Assembly: GCA_041178425.1 (NCBI GenBank)
Contig: JBEGVH010000030.1
Location: 1 to 64,000 of the forward strand
DNA: 64,000 nt
Source of the DNA: Pseudomonadota bacterium
Lineage (GTDB): Bacteria > Bdellovibrionota > Bdellovibrionia > Bdellovibrionales > Bdellovibrionaceae
Direction of reading: 5' to 3'
In this document: positions 29,662 to 37,861 of the stretch, piece by piece
Layout of the letters: the number at the start of each line of letters is the position of its first letter
Numbering within the stretch: the stretch's first letter is position 1
Position numbers and translations under genes: made by a program
The notes under the pieces: model-generated
What the model was told of the DNA's origin: nothing
The model's input: the letters and a program-made list of their open reading frames with translations, nothing else
The model's database searches: none

Positions 29662-30241
29662 ACAAGAAGAACTACTTAAATTTTTCGAGCCTCAAACTGA
29701 ATTAGACTCAATCATTAAGCATTACGAAACTGAGTTTGAAAAAAAAGGTGAAGTGATTTGCCGAATACGCCTGAACGAGCTCAATTTGACCGAGGACGAT
29801 GAGGTTCGCTTTCGTAATACACCATTATCAAAAATTGAAATTCTCGAGGTCGAGTCAGAAGACCCTTATCAACTGTTCCAAGAAGTTCTCACGTACTGGA
29901 AAAGCCATCTTCCAGCCGTGATCGACATGGCCGACCGACTTGCAACCCATCTCAGAATCAAATCACTAGACCAAATCGCCGTGGAACTTTCACAGTTCAT
30001 CGATCAAAGTCACCTTTTGGTTAATAGCCTCACCTCCATCAGCTCGCTGTGCCTTCACCGTTCAATCGCTCTCCCCGAGCGCTGGAGTAAAACAGAGCTG
30101 AAGCTATGGATGGCCTTTAATGGGTTATTAGACTCCTTCAATGAGAAAAATATTTCTGAAATGGCAGACACTATCGAATACGACTTAGCCGATTCTCTTC
30201 AAACTTGGCTTGAGGTATTAAACGAGATGCATCCATCATGA
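29642..30241 (+). CDS. Hypothetical helical protein
   Basis: Overlaps both neighbours; C-terminal MADTIEYDL resembles the D-x-L/I-E-Y-E tail seen in proteins of flagellin-glycosylation loci. Confidence 0.65.
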   Translation: MSHLSLKQEELLKFFEPQTELDSIIKHYETEFEKKGEVICRIRLNELNLTEDDEVRFRNTPLSKIEILEVESEDPYQLFQEVLTYWKSHLPAVIDMADRLATHLRIKSLDQIAVELSQFIDQSHLLVNSLTSISSLCLHRSIALPERWSKTELKLWMAFNGLLDSFNEKNISEMADTIEYDLADSLQTWLEVLNEMHPS

Positions 30242-32220
30242 AAAATATCCTGTGGGCCGGTCCTTGCTCTCGCGAGGCTTGGCCACTGAAGGACTACGTA
30301 GAGAGTTCGAAGTCAGAGGTTACACCACGCTCCTCTCTTAATCACTTGAATGGCAGAAATATCCCTCACATTATTATTAGCGAAGACTGGAATGAGTTAT
30401 TCCTTTATTCCCAGAAATATTCAAATAGCATTCAAATTTTTATCGCCACAGCAAAAGAGATCACAGAAACGTTTCAGCAATCGATTCGCCCCCTAAATCG
30501 ATATTTTTTTGCCAAAGACAATCAGTCACTCAACGAATTTAGGGAGCTAATCTATAGTCTGGAAAACAAAAAAAATAATCACAAAAAAAGTTCCTCTTTT
30601 TTTGGACCGATCACCTCAATGCAAAATTCACTTGAGGTTCTCAAACAATTGACCGAACAAAGGCTCTTCGAGCTACGCAATTTCTCTCACAAAGAAGATG
30701 ATCGACGCAAAAACTTTCAGTCTCTCATTCATCTCGCGCGTCGCTTTTCGATGAGCCGCGATATCGAAGAAGTTGTTCAGTCTTTTTGGAACGATATCAA
30801 GGGCATCGAGGGCCTTAAGAGTGTCGCGATTTTATTGATCGACCCCTCGGGTAAAGGACACAAAATTATACCCAAATCCGGAAAATTTCATTTCCAAGAA
30901 ATCACCACTCTTAGTCCTTTGCAAATTGATTTCTTTGAATCCCTGATCCCAAACCGCAACACCCCAGACGTGTGTTCCCTCGAAGAGACTAAGATTAATG
31001 CCCTTAACTTTTTACTTCAGCAGCAGTACAATTTTTTGCTCGGTTGCCGACTCAATTCAGAGTCTTCTGATCGCACCATTTTTGTTTTTGTAGAAACTAA
31101 GCTTGGCTGGCATAGAACCAAGACTTTTGATGAATTTTTTCTGGAACGACTACCGCTGGTCCATCTCACACTTGAAAAACATCTTCTGCAGGAGGAAATA
31201 AAGTCAAAAGCAAAGCTCTGGGCTACCACTTTTGACGACCTCGAAGATCCGTTAGCAATCGTTAGAAAAAACAAATTGATCGTTCGAGCCAATCGCCAGT
31301 TTCAGGCTCTCGATGGCTCTCACCTTAAAAACACTTGGAACAACCATGTTCATCAAGAACGAGTCGAGCTGAACGCAAATTCTCAAAATTCGTCGACTGA
31401 GATACAACTGAACGGAAGAATTTTTCAATCTCGTTTTTTTCCAATCCAAGATATCGAAAAGAATGAAAATGATGCTTTTGTTGCCCACTATGTTGATGTC
31501 ACTACGGAACGGGTACTCTACAGTCAGCTCATTCAGTCAGAAAAAATGAGTGCGGTTGGTCAGCTTGCGGGCGATCTGTCAGAAGCTCTTTCGGTACCCC
31601 TAAAAAAAATTGTTCACTGTTCGGAGAAACTTCTAGCTGTTCCCAATCTCGTAGGACAAACACGCACCGATGCAGAAGAAATCAGAAAAGCTGCCCATCG
31701 TTCACTCCGAATCATCGACGATTTTGAAAACTTCTCTCGCGGACATATCGAAAAGAACCTCGTGATGGCCGAAACGGTTGTGGATAAAACGATTCCCCTT
31801 GTAAAAGCCCTCCTCCACGGGCACCGGTTTAACCTTCAGCTCTCAGAGACTAAGCATCTCATTAATGTGTCGTTCTCCCTTATTCAGCAAGTGTTGTACA
31901 ATCTCTTACGAAACGCCCATCAGGCCATGAAGGGCCAGGGAGAGCTCATCATATCGACAGAGCCCTGGGTGCTCAATCAACAGAGTGGGGTTCGAATTGC
32001 TGTGCTCGATTCGGGCCCAGGCGTACCGCTTGAAATGAGAGAAAAACTCTTTCAGCCTTTTGTCACCTCCAAAGGGGCGAGTGACGGCGTCGGTCTTGGC
32101 TTAAATATAGTAAAGCAGATCATTGAGAGTCACGGCGGGATGGTAGGGTATGAGCCTCGCAACGAGGGGGGATCTAAGTTTTGGCTATGGATTCCTGTAG
32201 CCAAAGAATCGCTGGAATAG
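30238..32220 (+). CDS. Cytoplasmic histidine kinase-like protein (PAS-like + HATPase) lacking the H-box histidine
   Basis: N, G1, F and G2 boxes intact (NLLRNAHQA, DSGPG, LFQPF, GVGLGL); H-box reads LAGDLSEALSVPL. Confidence 0.8.
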   Translation: MKNILWAGPCSREAWPLKDYVESSKSEVTPRSSLNHLNGRNIPHIIISEDWNELFLYSQKYSNSIQIFIATAKEITETFQQSIRPLNRYFFAKDNQSLNEFRELIYSLENKKNNHKKSSSFFGPITSMQNSLEVLKQLTEQRLFELRNFSHKEDDRRKNFQSLIHLARRFSMSRDIEEVVQSFWNDIKGIEGLKSVAILLIDPSGKGHKIIPKSGKFHFQEITTLSPLQIDFFESLIPNRNTPDVCSLEETKINALNFLLQQQYNFLLGCRLNSESSDRTIFVFVETKLGWHRTKTFDEFFLERLPLVHLTLEKHLLQEEIKSKAKLWATTFDDLEDPLAIVRKNKLIVRANRQFQALDGSHLKNTWNNHVHQERVELNANSQNSSTEIQLNGRIFQSRFFPIQDIEKNENDAFVAHYVDVTTERVLYSQLIQSEKMSAVGQLAGDLSEALSVPLKKIVHCSEKLLAVPNLVGQTRTDAEEIRKAAHRSLRIIDDFENFSRGHIEKNLVMAETVVDKTIPLVKALLHGHRFNLQLSETKHLINVSFSLIQQVLYNLLRNAHQAMKGQGELIISTEPWVLNQQSGVRIAVLDSGPGVPLEMREKLFQPFVTSKGASDGVGLGLNIVKQIIESHGGMVGYEPRNEGGSKFWLWIPVAKESLE

Positions 32221-32295
32221 AAAAAGTATTTCAATTGTCATGAACCACCAAAGATTTCAATTCGACAATTCCTAAAATTAGTATTAGATAGGGCC

Positions 32296-32853
32296 ATGCG
32301 TATTATTTCTGGAAAATACAAAGGCCAACAGCTGAATCATTTTTCCGCCGACCATATTCGGCCTACCACTGACAGGGTCAAAGAGACCCTATTTAATATT
32401 ATACAGAATGACCTTCCTGGGGCCAGAGTTCTCGACCTCTTTGCCGGCACTGGTAATTTAGGGCTCGAAGCCCTCTCACGCGGGGCCGCGGAGGTTCTGT
32501 TTGTCGAGAGTCACCCTAAGAGCCTAGAGATCATTCGCAAAAATATTGAAAAACTTAAGGTTACAGAAACGCACTCTATCTGGAATAAAGACGTTTTGCG
32601 GTTTCTCGAAAACCCGCCCGAAAAAACTTTCGACATCATTTTTGCCGACCCTCCATTTACAAAGCAAATGGCTGACGAAGTGATGACCTTTGCTAGCCAA
32701 AGTTCGGTTTTTGCGGAGCATACTATTATGGCCATTGAATCGGCAAAACGTGAAAAACTCGCAGACACCTATGGTGATTTAGTTCGTAGTGATCAACGTG
32801 TCTTTGGAGATAAAATTCTAAGTTTTTTTACGAAAACGCGTGTTATAGAATAA
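32296..32853 (+). CDS. rsmD: 16S rRNA (guanine966-N2)-methyltransferase
   Basis: MRIISGKYKG, RPTTDRVKETLFN, LDLFAGTGNLGLEALSRGA, DPPF. Confidence 0.95.
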   Translation: MRIISGKYKGQQLNHFSADHIRPTTDRVKETLFNIIQNDLPGARVLDLFAGTGNLGLEALSRGAAEVLFVESHPKSLEIIRKNIEKLKVTETHSIWNKDVLRFLENPPEKTFDIIFADPPFTKQMADEVMTFASQSSVFAEHTIMAIESAKREKLADTYGDLVRSDQRVFGDKILSFFTKTRVIE

Positions 32854-32861
32854 TCCCATCC

Positions 32862-32890
32862 TTGACACTTTAGTCAGCGCCAAGGACAAT
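32862..32890 (+). promoter_or_regulatory. Sigma70-type promoter of coaD
   Basis: TTGACA-N17-GACAAT, 7 nt before the ATG. Confidence 0.55.
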
Positions 32891-32897
32891 CGCCTCT

Positions 32898-33380
32898 ATG
32901 AAAATTGCTGTCTACCCGGGTAGTTTTGATCCGATCACCATTGGTCATCTCGACATCATTCAGCGCCTAAGCCCCCTGTATGATGAGGTGGTCGTACTTG
33001 TTTCGCACTCTCCAAATAAGAGTTACCTTTTTTCTTCTCAAGAAAGAAAAGAGATGCTCGAAACAAGCTTAAGTCACCTCAAGAACATTAGAGTCGATAT
33101 TCACGAAGGTCTCACCGTCGACTATTTAAGAAAAATAAATGCAAAAGTCATCGTTCGAGGTCTCCGTGCCGTTGTGGACTTTGAATACGAAATGGCAATG
33201 GCCAGCATGAATAAAAAACTAGCCCCAGAAATCGAAACCGTACTCATTTTTGCAAGCCCCGATTGCTACTATATTTCAAGCCGAGCCATAAAAGAGATTG
33301 CTCGCTTCGGCGGAAACCTCGACGGCCTGGTTCCAAGTCATGTTCATCAACGATTGCTCAATATGCTTCACATCAAGTAA
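32898..33380 (+). CDS. coaD: Phosphopantetheine adenylyltransferase
   Basis: YPGSFDPITIGHLDI, VRGLRAVVDFEYE, ISSRAIKEIA. Confidence 0.96.
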   Translation: MKIAVYPGSFDPITIGHLDIIQRLSPLYDEVVVLVSHSPNKSYLFSSQERKEMLETSLSHLKNIRVDIHEGLTVDYLRKINAKVIVRGLRAVVDFEYEMAMASMNKKLAPEIETVLIFASPDCYYISSRAIKEIARFGGNLDGLVPSHVHQRLLNMLHIK

Positions 33381-33394
33381 CGCGAGGAGAAAAA

Positions 33395-34591
33395 ATGTTA
33401 TCTAAAAGAGCCTTATCAATGAAACCCTCACCAACCTTACAACTGGTGGCAAAGGCCAAAGAACTTTCCTCGAAGGGTCACGACGTTATCGCTCTCTCTG
33501 TTGGTGAGCCCGACTGGCATACGTTTGAGGCCGCAGCTACAGCGGGTATCGGCGCCATCAAAGAGGGTTTTTCAAAATACACGCCTGCTAATGGAATTCT
33601 CGAATTGCGAGAAGCGATCTGCGAGCAGATAAAAAAAGAGCATGGCTTTGAGTATTCTCCGAATCAGGTCACTGTTGGCACCGGCGCTAAATTTATTTTA
33701 TTTGCGGCTTTCCAAATGCTTTGCAACGCCGACGACGAAGTCATTATTCCGTCACCTTACTGGGTTAGCTATCCTGTTATGGTTGAATTGGCCGAAGGCA
33801 AAAGCGTCATCGTCGACTGTGGTCCCGAAACTAATTTTAAGCTAACGCCAGCTCTCCTTGAAAAAGCGATCACGCCAAAAACAAAAGCTTTCTGCTTTGC
33901 CTCGCCAAGCAATCCAACGGGAATTGCCTACACCAAAGAAGAACTCAAAGGGATCGCCGACGTTTTAAAGAAGCACCCTCAAGTAGTCATTATTTCTGAT
34001 GACATCTATAATCACCTTATGTTCGGAGCGTGCAAAGTAGCTCCTCATCTTCTAGACGTCGCACCTGAGTTGAAAGATCGAGTTCTTATCGTTAATGGGG
34101 TCTCTAAGTCTTATGCCATGACGGGCTGGAGAATTGGTTGGGCTCTTGGTCCTGCTTCCCTAATTAAGTGCATGGCCGACTACCAATCTCAATCGACGTC
34201 TTCTGCAAGTAGCATCTCGCAAAGAGCGGCTCTAGCAGCCATCAAAAATAGTGACTCCGATGTTCAAAAAGCAAACGAGATGCTTAAAATTCGTCTTGAA
34301 CAAGCCATGGAGCATTTAAAATCGGTTCCATTAATCAAGGCTATCCGGCCAGATGGAGCTTTTTACCTTTGGCTCGACATTTCTCAAACAATTGGTAAAA
34401 AATTTGAGGGCCAAGTTATTCAGAGTTCAAGAGACTTTGCCGCCCTTCTTCTCGAAAAGTACTACGTTGCCGCAGTTCCCGGGGTAGAATTTGGGGTTGA
34501 GGGATTTATGCGGATTAGCTTTGCTATTGAAGCAGAAAGAATGGTTGAAGCTATTAAACGCATGAAAGATATGATCGCAAAATTGAGTTAG
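33395..34591 (+). CDS. aspC: PLP-dependent class I/II (aspartate) aminotransferase
   Basis: LSVGEPD, PSNPTG, SDDIY, SKSYAMTGWRIG; ATG at 33395 after GAGGAG. Confidence 0.88.
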   Translation: MLSKRALSMKPSPTLQLVAKAKELSSKGHDVIALSVGEPDWHTFEAAATAGIGAIKEGFSKYTPANGILELREAICEQIKKEHGFEYSPNQVTVGTGAKFILFAAFQMLCNADDEVIIPSPYWVSYPVMVELAEGKSVIVDCGPETNFKLTPALLEKAITPKTKAFCFASPSNPTGIAYTKEELKGIADVLKKHPQVVIISDDIYNHLMFGACKVAPHLLDVAPELKDRVLIVNGVSKSYAMTGWRIGWALGPASLIKCMADYQSQSTSSASSISQRAALAAIKNSDSDVQKANEMLKIRLEQAMEHLKSVPLIKAIRPDGAFYLWLDISQTIGKKFEGQVIQSSRDFAALLLEKYYVAAVPGVEFGVEGFMRISFAIEAERMVEAIKRMKDMIAKLS

Positions 34592-34756
34592 TTACTTTTA
34601 ATAAATTCCCCCCTCAGGCGACCTCGCCTGAGAGGGCGGCTTTACCAGACTAAAGCCTTGATCTCAGGCCACCTCCAGCTCAACCGCTAAAAGTTTTATA
34701 CCTCTAATGCCATTTATACGACTTGTAAGGGCTTATCTTGGTGTTATTATTTAGTA

Positions 34757-35446
34757 ATGATGATGCCAATAAAAATTTTATTCGGACTTGTAATCGTAGC
34801 TCTTGGGTTTTCACTTTGTTTTTTAACTGCAAAGAACTCTTTTAACGGCGAAGAGTATATCTCTGCAAAGAGACTCATGACCAGACTTAGTAGAGATGTT
34901 GCTGCCACCAGAAGAGATTATGGCATGGCCGAAAACTTACTCATTTCGACCTCTCCTTTAAAGTCAATCAGCCAAGCCCGCCTGATAAAGTCTGGAAACT
35001 ATTATCAGCTATCGATTGGGCACTTCAGTACCAAGAATAAAAACGGCGAACCTGTTTTTGCGTGTCAGGTTTACGACCAAGTTACCGTCCACTACGAATC
35101 TGCCCTTAATAACAAACAAAGTGCCCAACGGACCCCCCAAAGTCTCTCTTTCGAACTGCCCTGCAAAATGTCCGACGAAGATATTCGCCGAATCGCACCT
35201 ATCAATTTTGCACCCACGGAGATACTTAAAGAAACTCCCTCGGATGGTACGTTCCCTTTTTCGAACCATGGCGAATTTCTTGTGCGCTTACAAAACATAG
35301 AAGATCAATGGGCGACCGAATGGAATTTTAAATCAATACAATTTAAAGATAGTCGATCTCAAGTTCCGCCCATCGAAGTATTAGGGAGCGAGGTTCGACC
35401 TATCGAACGCGAACGGCTCGATATGGAATGGCCAGAAACAAAGTAA
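34757..35446 (+). CDS. Hypothetical exported or membrane-anchored protein
   Basis: N-terminal hydrophobic helix; fills the gap between recognised genes. Confidence 0.65.
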   Translation: MMMPIKILFGLVIVALGFSLCFLTAKNSFNGEEYISAKRLMTRLSRDVAATRRDYGMAENLLISTSPLKSISQARLIKSGNYYQLSIGHFSTKNKNGEPVFACQVYDQVTVHYESALNNKQSAQRTPQSLSFELPCKMSDEDIRRIAPINFAPTEILKETPSDGTFPFSNHGEFLVRLQNIEDQWATEWNFKSIQFKDSRSQVPPIEVLGSEVRPIERERLDMEWPETK

Positions 35447-35459
35447 CGGTTACATTTAA

Positions 35460-35936
35460 GTGAATATTGTTAAGATCGAAAACAAAAAACATTTTGCCGT
35501 GCTTGGACATCTGACTCAGGCTTATGAAGCGGAGTTTTCGAAGATCACACAAAAACTCCCTAATCAAGATGGTGTTTTTGAACCCGACACGCTGATTGAT
35601 GAGAATCACGAGGGTTATCTTCTTTTTAACGACGACCAAATTCCAATTGGCTTTTGCATCAAAGGAACTGTTGGGACCTGCCATGATATTTCGGAGTTCT
35701 ATATAATTCCGGCCCTTCGCAAAAATGGCTGGGGAAAACGCTTTGCTTTTGCGATTTTCAATAAATACCGCGGCCCCTGGCAAGTACGACAAATAATGGG
35801 CGCCGATCGGGCCCGTAAGTTTTGGCAAAGTTCAATTCAAGATTACACGAGTGGCCAGTTCGAAGAGGTGCTCTCATCTGATCCTGACTGGGGACAAGTT
35901 TTTCTCCAAACTTTTGAAAACAAAAAAGTTGTATAA
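35460..35936 (+). CDS. GNAT family N-acetyltransferase
   Basis: ISEFYIIPALRKNGWGKRFA (acetyl-CoA motif A); GPWQVRQ...ARKFW. Confidence 0.85.
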   Translation: MNIVKIENKKHFAVLGHLTQAYEAEFSKITQKLPNQDGVFEPDTLIDENHEGYLLFNDDQIPIGFCIKGTVGTCHDISEFYIIPALRKNGWGKRFAFAIFNKYRGPWQVRQIMGADRARKFWQSSIQDYTSGQFEEVLSSDPDWGQVFLQTFENKKVV

Positions 35937-36039
35937 CCGATATTATCAATTGGGCTGACCTTTTCTGCTCTACTGACGACAAGTTAGACACCAATATCAC
36001 TAGTAAGAGCCGAGTGCTCTTATTTCTGTGGCATTCGCA

Positions 36040-36055
36040 AGGCACTGTGCTTGCA
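36040..36055 (+). promoter_or_regulatory. Sigma54-type promoter
   Basis: AGGCACTGTGCTTGCA (GG-N10-GC); inverted repeat TAAGAGC-N5-GCTCTTA just upstream at 36004-36022. Confidence 0.65.
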
Positions 36056-36104
36056 GACTCTTTGATAACTTGTTCGTAAATCCGACGTTTTCGAGGAGTC
36101 GCTC

Positions 36105-37805
36105 TTGAATATTTTCTCAAAAAAAATGATCCCTCAAATCCTCTTGCAAGCCATCACCCTCATGGGCCTTATCACTCCCCTTGCGGTCAATGCTACAGGT
36201 TTAGGTTACGACGAGATTTTTGAGAAAAACGGCAATGTACGACCTCAATACCAACAAATTTATGACCTTTACCTAAAAAGATATTCTTCTCATGAGCCCT
36301 CCTATTTAAAAGACACCCGCGCCGCTTTTCAGGGTGATAATGCCCTTGACCCTATGCCTCGCCTTCTCACAACAGAGGAGTATGAAACTCTACGAGCGGG
36401 CGTACACCAGAGAGCACAAGCGATTCTGGCCTTTCTGAAAAGCTATCACTCGGGCCGCAATAGCTTTGCTCAGGCTGGTGTTATACCCGTAGACCTCGTT
36501 GATAAAATTGCCGCCCGCAGTGGCGATATCGGCTTTAAAGAGAAAGTAAATCCAAAAACAATCGCTTTTCTTTACGGCCCCGATGTTATTCGAGATCAAA
36601 ACGGGGAATGGAGAGTCATCGAAGACAATTTAGGATTTATTGGAGGCACTGGTGACCTCAACCTCGCTCAAGAATTAATGTTTAAATCTTACCCAGAGCT
36701 CGCAGAAGACTTTAAAGCTCGCCGGTCTGATCGCTTTTACGAAACGGTTGCCGAATCTTACAAAAAGCGAGCGGAGTCTTACGGTGGCAGAACGATCCTC
36801 TACATGATTCCAACGTACTCGGCTGACAACGAAGACCAACGCATTTCAAAAATTTTCGCCAGCAAGGGCATTGAAACCATCACTCCCCAGTCGATTCAGC
36901 GATTGGATATTCGCGATGACGGTGTTTACCTGAAAATGCCTTACACCAACGCGCCCGCAGAATTTGAGAAAGTTGGTTTTATCGTTTTAAATGCTGAACA
37001 TGCCTGGGTCGATCCTCAACATAAAGCTTCTCGCGTGCGTAACCTTATGGAAGCAGCGTCTAACCTTTTGCGAGAAAAGAAAACCTCTCCCATTTTAAAA
37101 GAACGTCTTGGCGTGCTCCTGTCACAGACTGATCCGCGAACTCATCTCCCTGATTTGAAAAAGTTGGAGTCACTCCTTTTGAAGGCGGGTTACGAAGAAG
37201 ACAAGGTCGTAAAAAAACAAAACCGAGGTCTCCTCGATGCAGCACTCGCAAATAAGGTGGGCCTTAGTTATACTCCTGGTGTTGATTTTGTTGGTGATAA
37301 AGAAATGTATTTGTACATCGAAGATTTAATTAGATTTTATTTACATGAAGAGCCTATTTTAAAAAATATCGAAACCGACAAGTTTAGTGTGGGATCGAGC
37401 ACTGAAGTGGATACGAAAAAATTTGAGATGGTGTTTAGTAATCTTGATTCGTACGTGATAAAAAAAGTAGATGGTAGAGGTGGTGATAGCGTTTGGGTTG
37501 GGCCCAAGATCACCGAAAATGAAATTCCTGCCCTCAAAACTGCCATCGAGACGAATCCAGACGTTTATATTTACCAAAAATACACGCCCCTTTCGACAGC
37601 TAATAATAATATCGTTGATCTGCGGGTGATTGCCGATGTGAGCAACCAGGGCATTATCGTTACCGAAACTCCCTGGGGCCGTGGTCTTCCCAAAAACGGT
37701 AACGGCAAAGTTAATATCTCCGATCAAGGGCGCGAAATATCAGTGGTTGTGGTGGATAAAATCCCCTCCTATGAGGCCATGAAGTGCTCACAATTAAAAT
37801 ACTAA
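36105..37805 (+). CDS. Circularly permuted type 2 ATP-grasp protein with an apparent signal peptide
   Basis: YDEIF..NGNVRPQY, DPMPRLL, GPDVIRD..GEWRVIEDN, GDKEMYLYIEDLIRFYLHEEPILKN, VIKKVDGRGG, QKYTPLS, VDLRV, VNISDQG follow the CP_ATPgrasp_2 motif order; TTG start after GAGGAG. Confidence 0.82.
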   Translation: MNIFSKKMIPQILLQAITLMGLITPLAVNATGLGYDEIFEKNGNVRPQYQQIYDLYLKRYSSHEPSYLKDTRAAFQGDNALDPMPRLLTTEEYETLRAGVHQRAQAILAFLKSYHSGRNSFAQAGVIPVDLVDKIAARSGDIGFKEKVNPKTIAFLYGPDVIRDQNGEWRVIEDNLGFIGGTGDLNLAQELMFKSYPELAEDFKARRSDRFYETVAESYKKRAESYGGRTILYMIPTYSADNEDQRISKIFASKGIETITPQSIQRLDIRDDGVYLKMPYTNAPAEFEKVGFIVLNAEHAWVDPQHKASRVRNLMEAASNLLREKKTSPILKERLGVLLSQTDPRTHLPDLKKLESLLLKAGYEEDKVVKKQNRGLLDAALANKVGLSYTPGVDFVGDKEMYLYIEDLIRFYLHEEPILKNIETDKFSVGSSTEVDTKKFEMVFSNLDSYVIKKVDGRGGDSVWVGPKITENEIPALKTAIETNPDVYIYQKYTPLSTANNNIVDLRVIADVSNQGIIVTETPWGRGLPKNGNGKVNISDQGREISVVVVDKIPSYEAMKCSQLKY

Positions 37806-37813
37806 AAAAGAAG

Positions 37814-37830
37814 TTGGCAAAATAAATGCT
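37814..37830 (+). promoter_or_regulatory. Sigma54-type promoter
   Basis: TTGGCAAAATAAATGCT (GG-N10-GC). Confidence 0.5.
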
Positions 37831-37861
37831 AAAACGCTAGAAAGTCTGCGGAGGACTTTCT

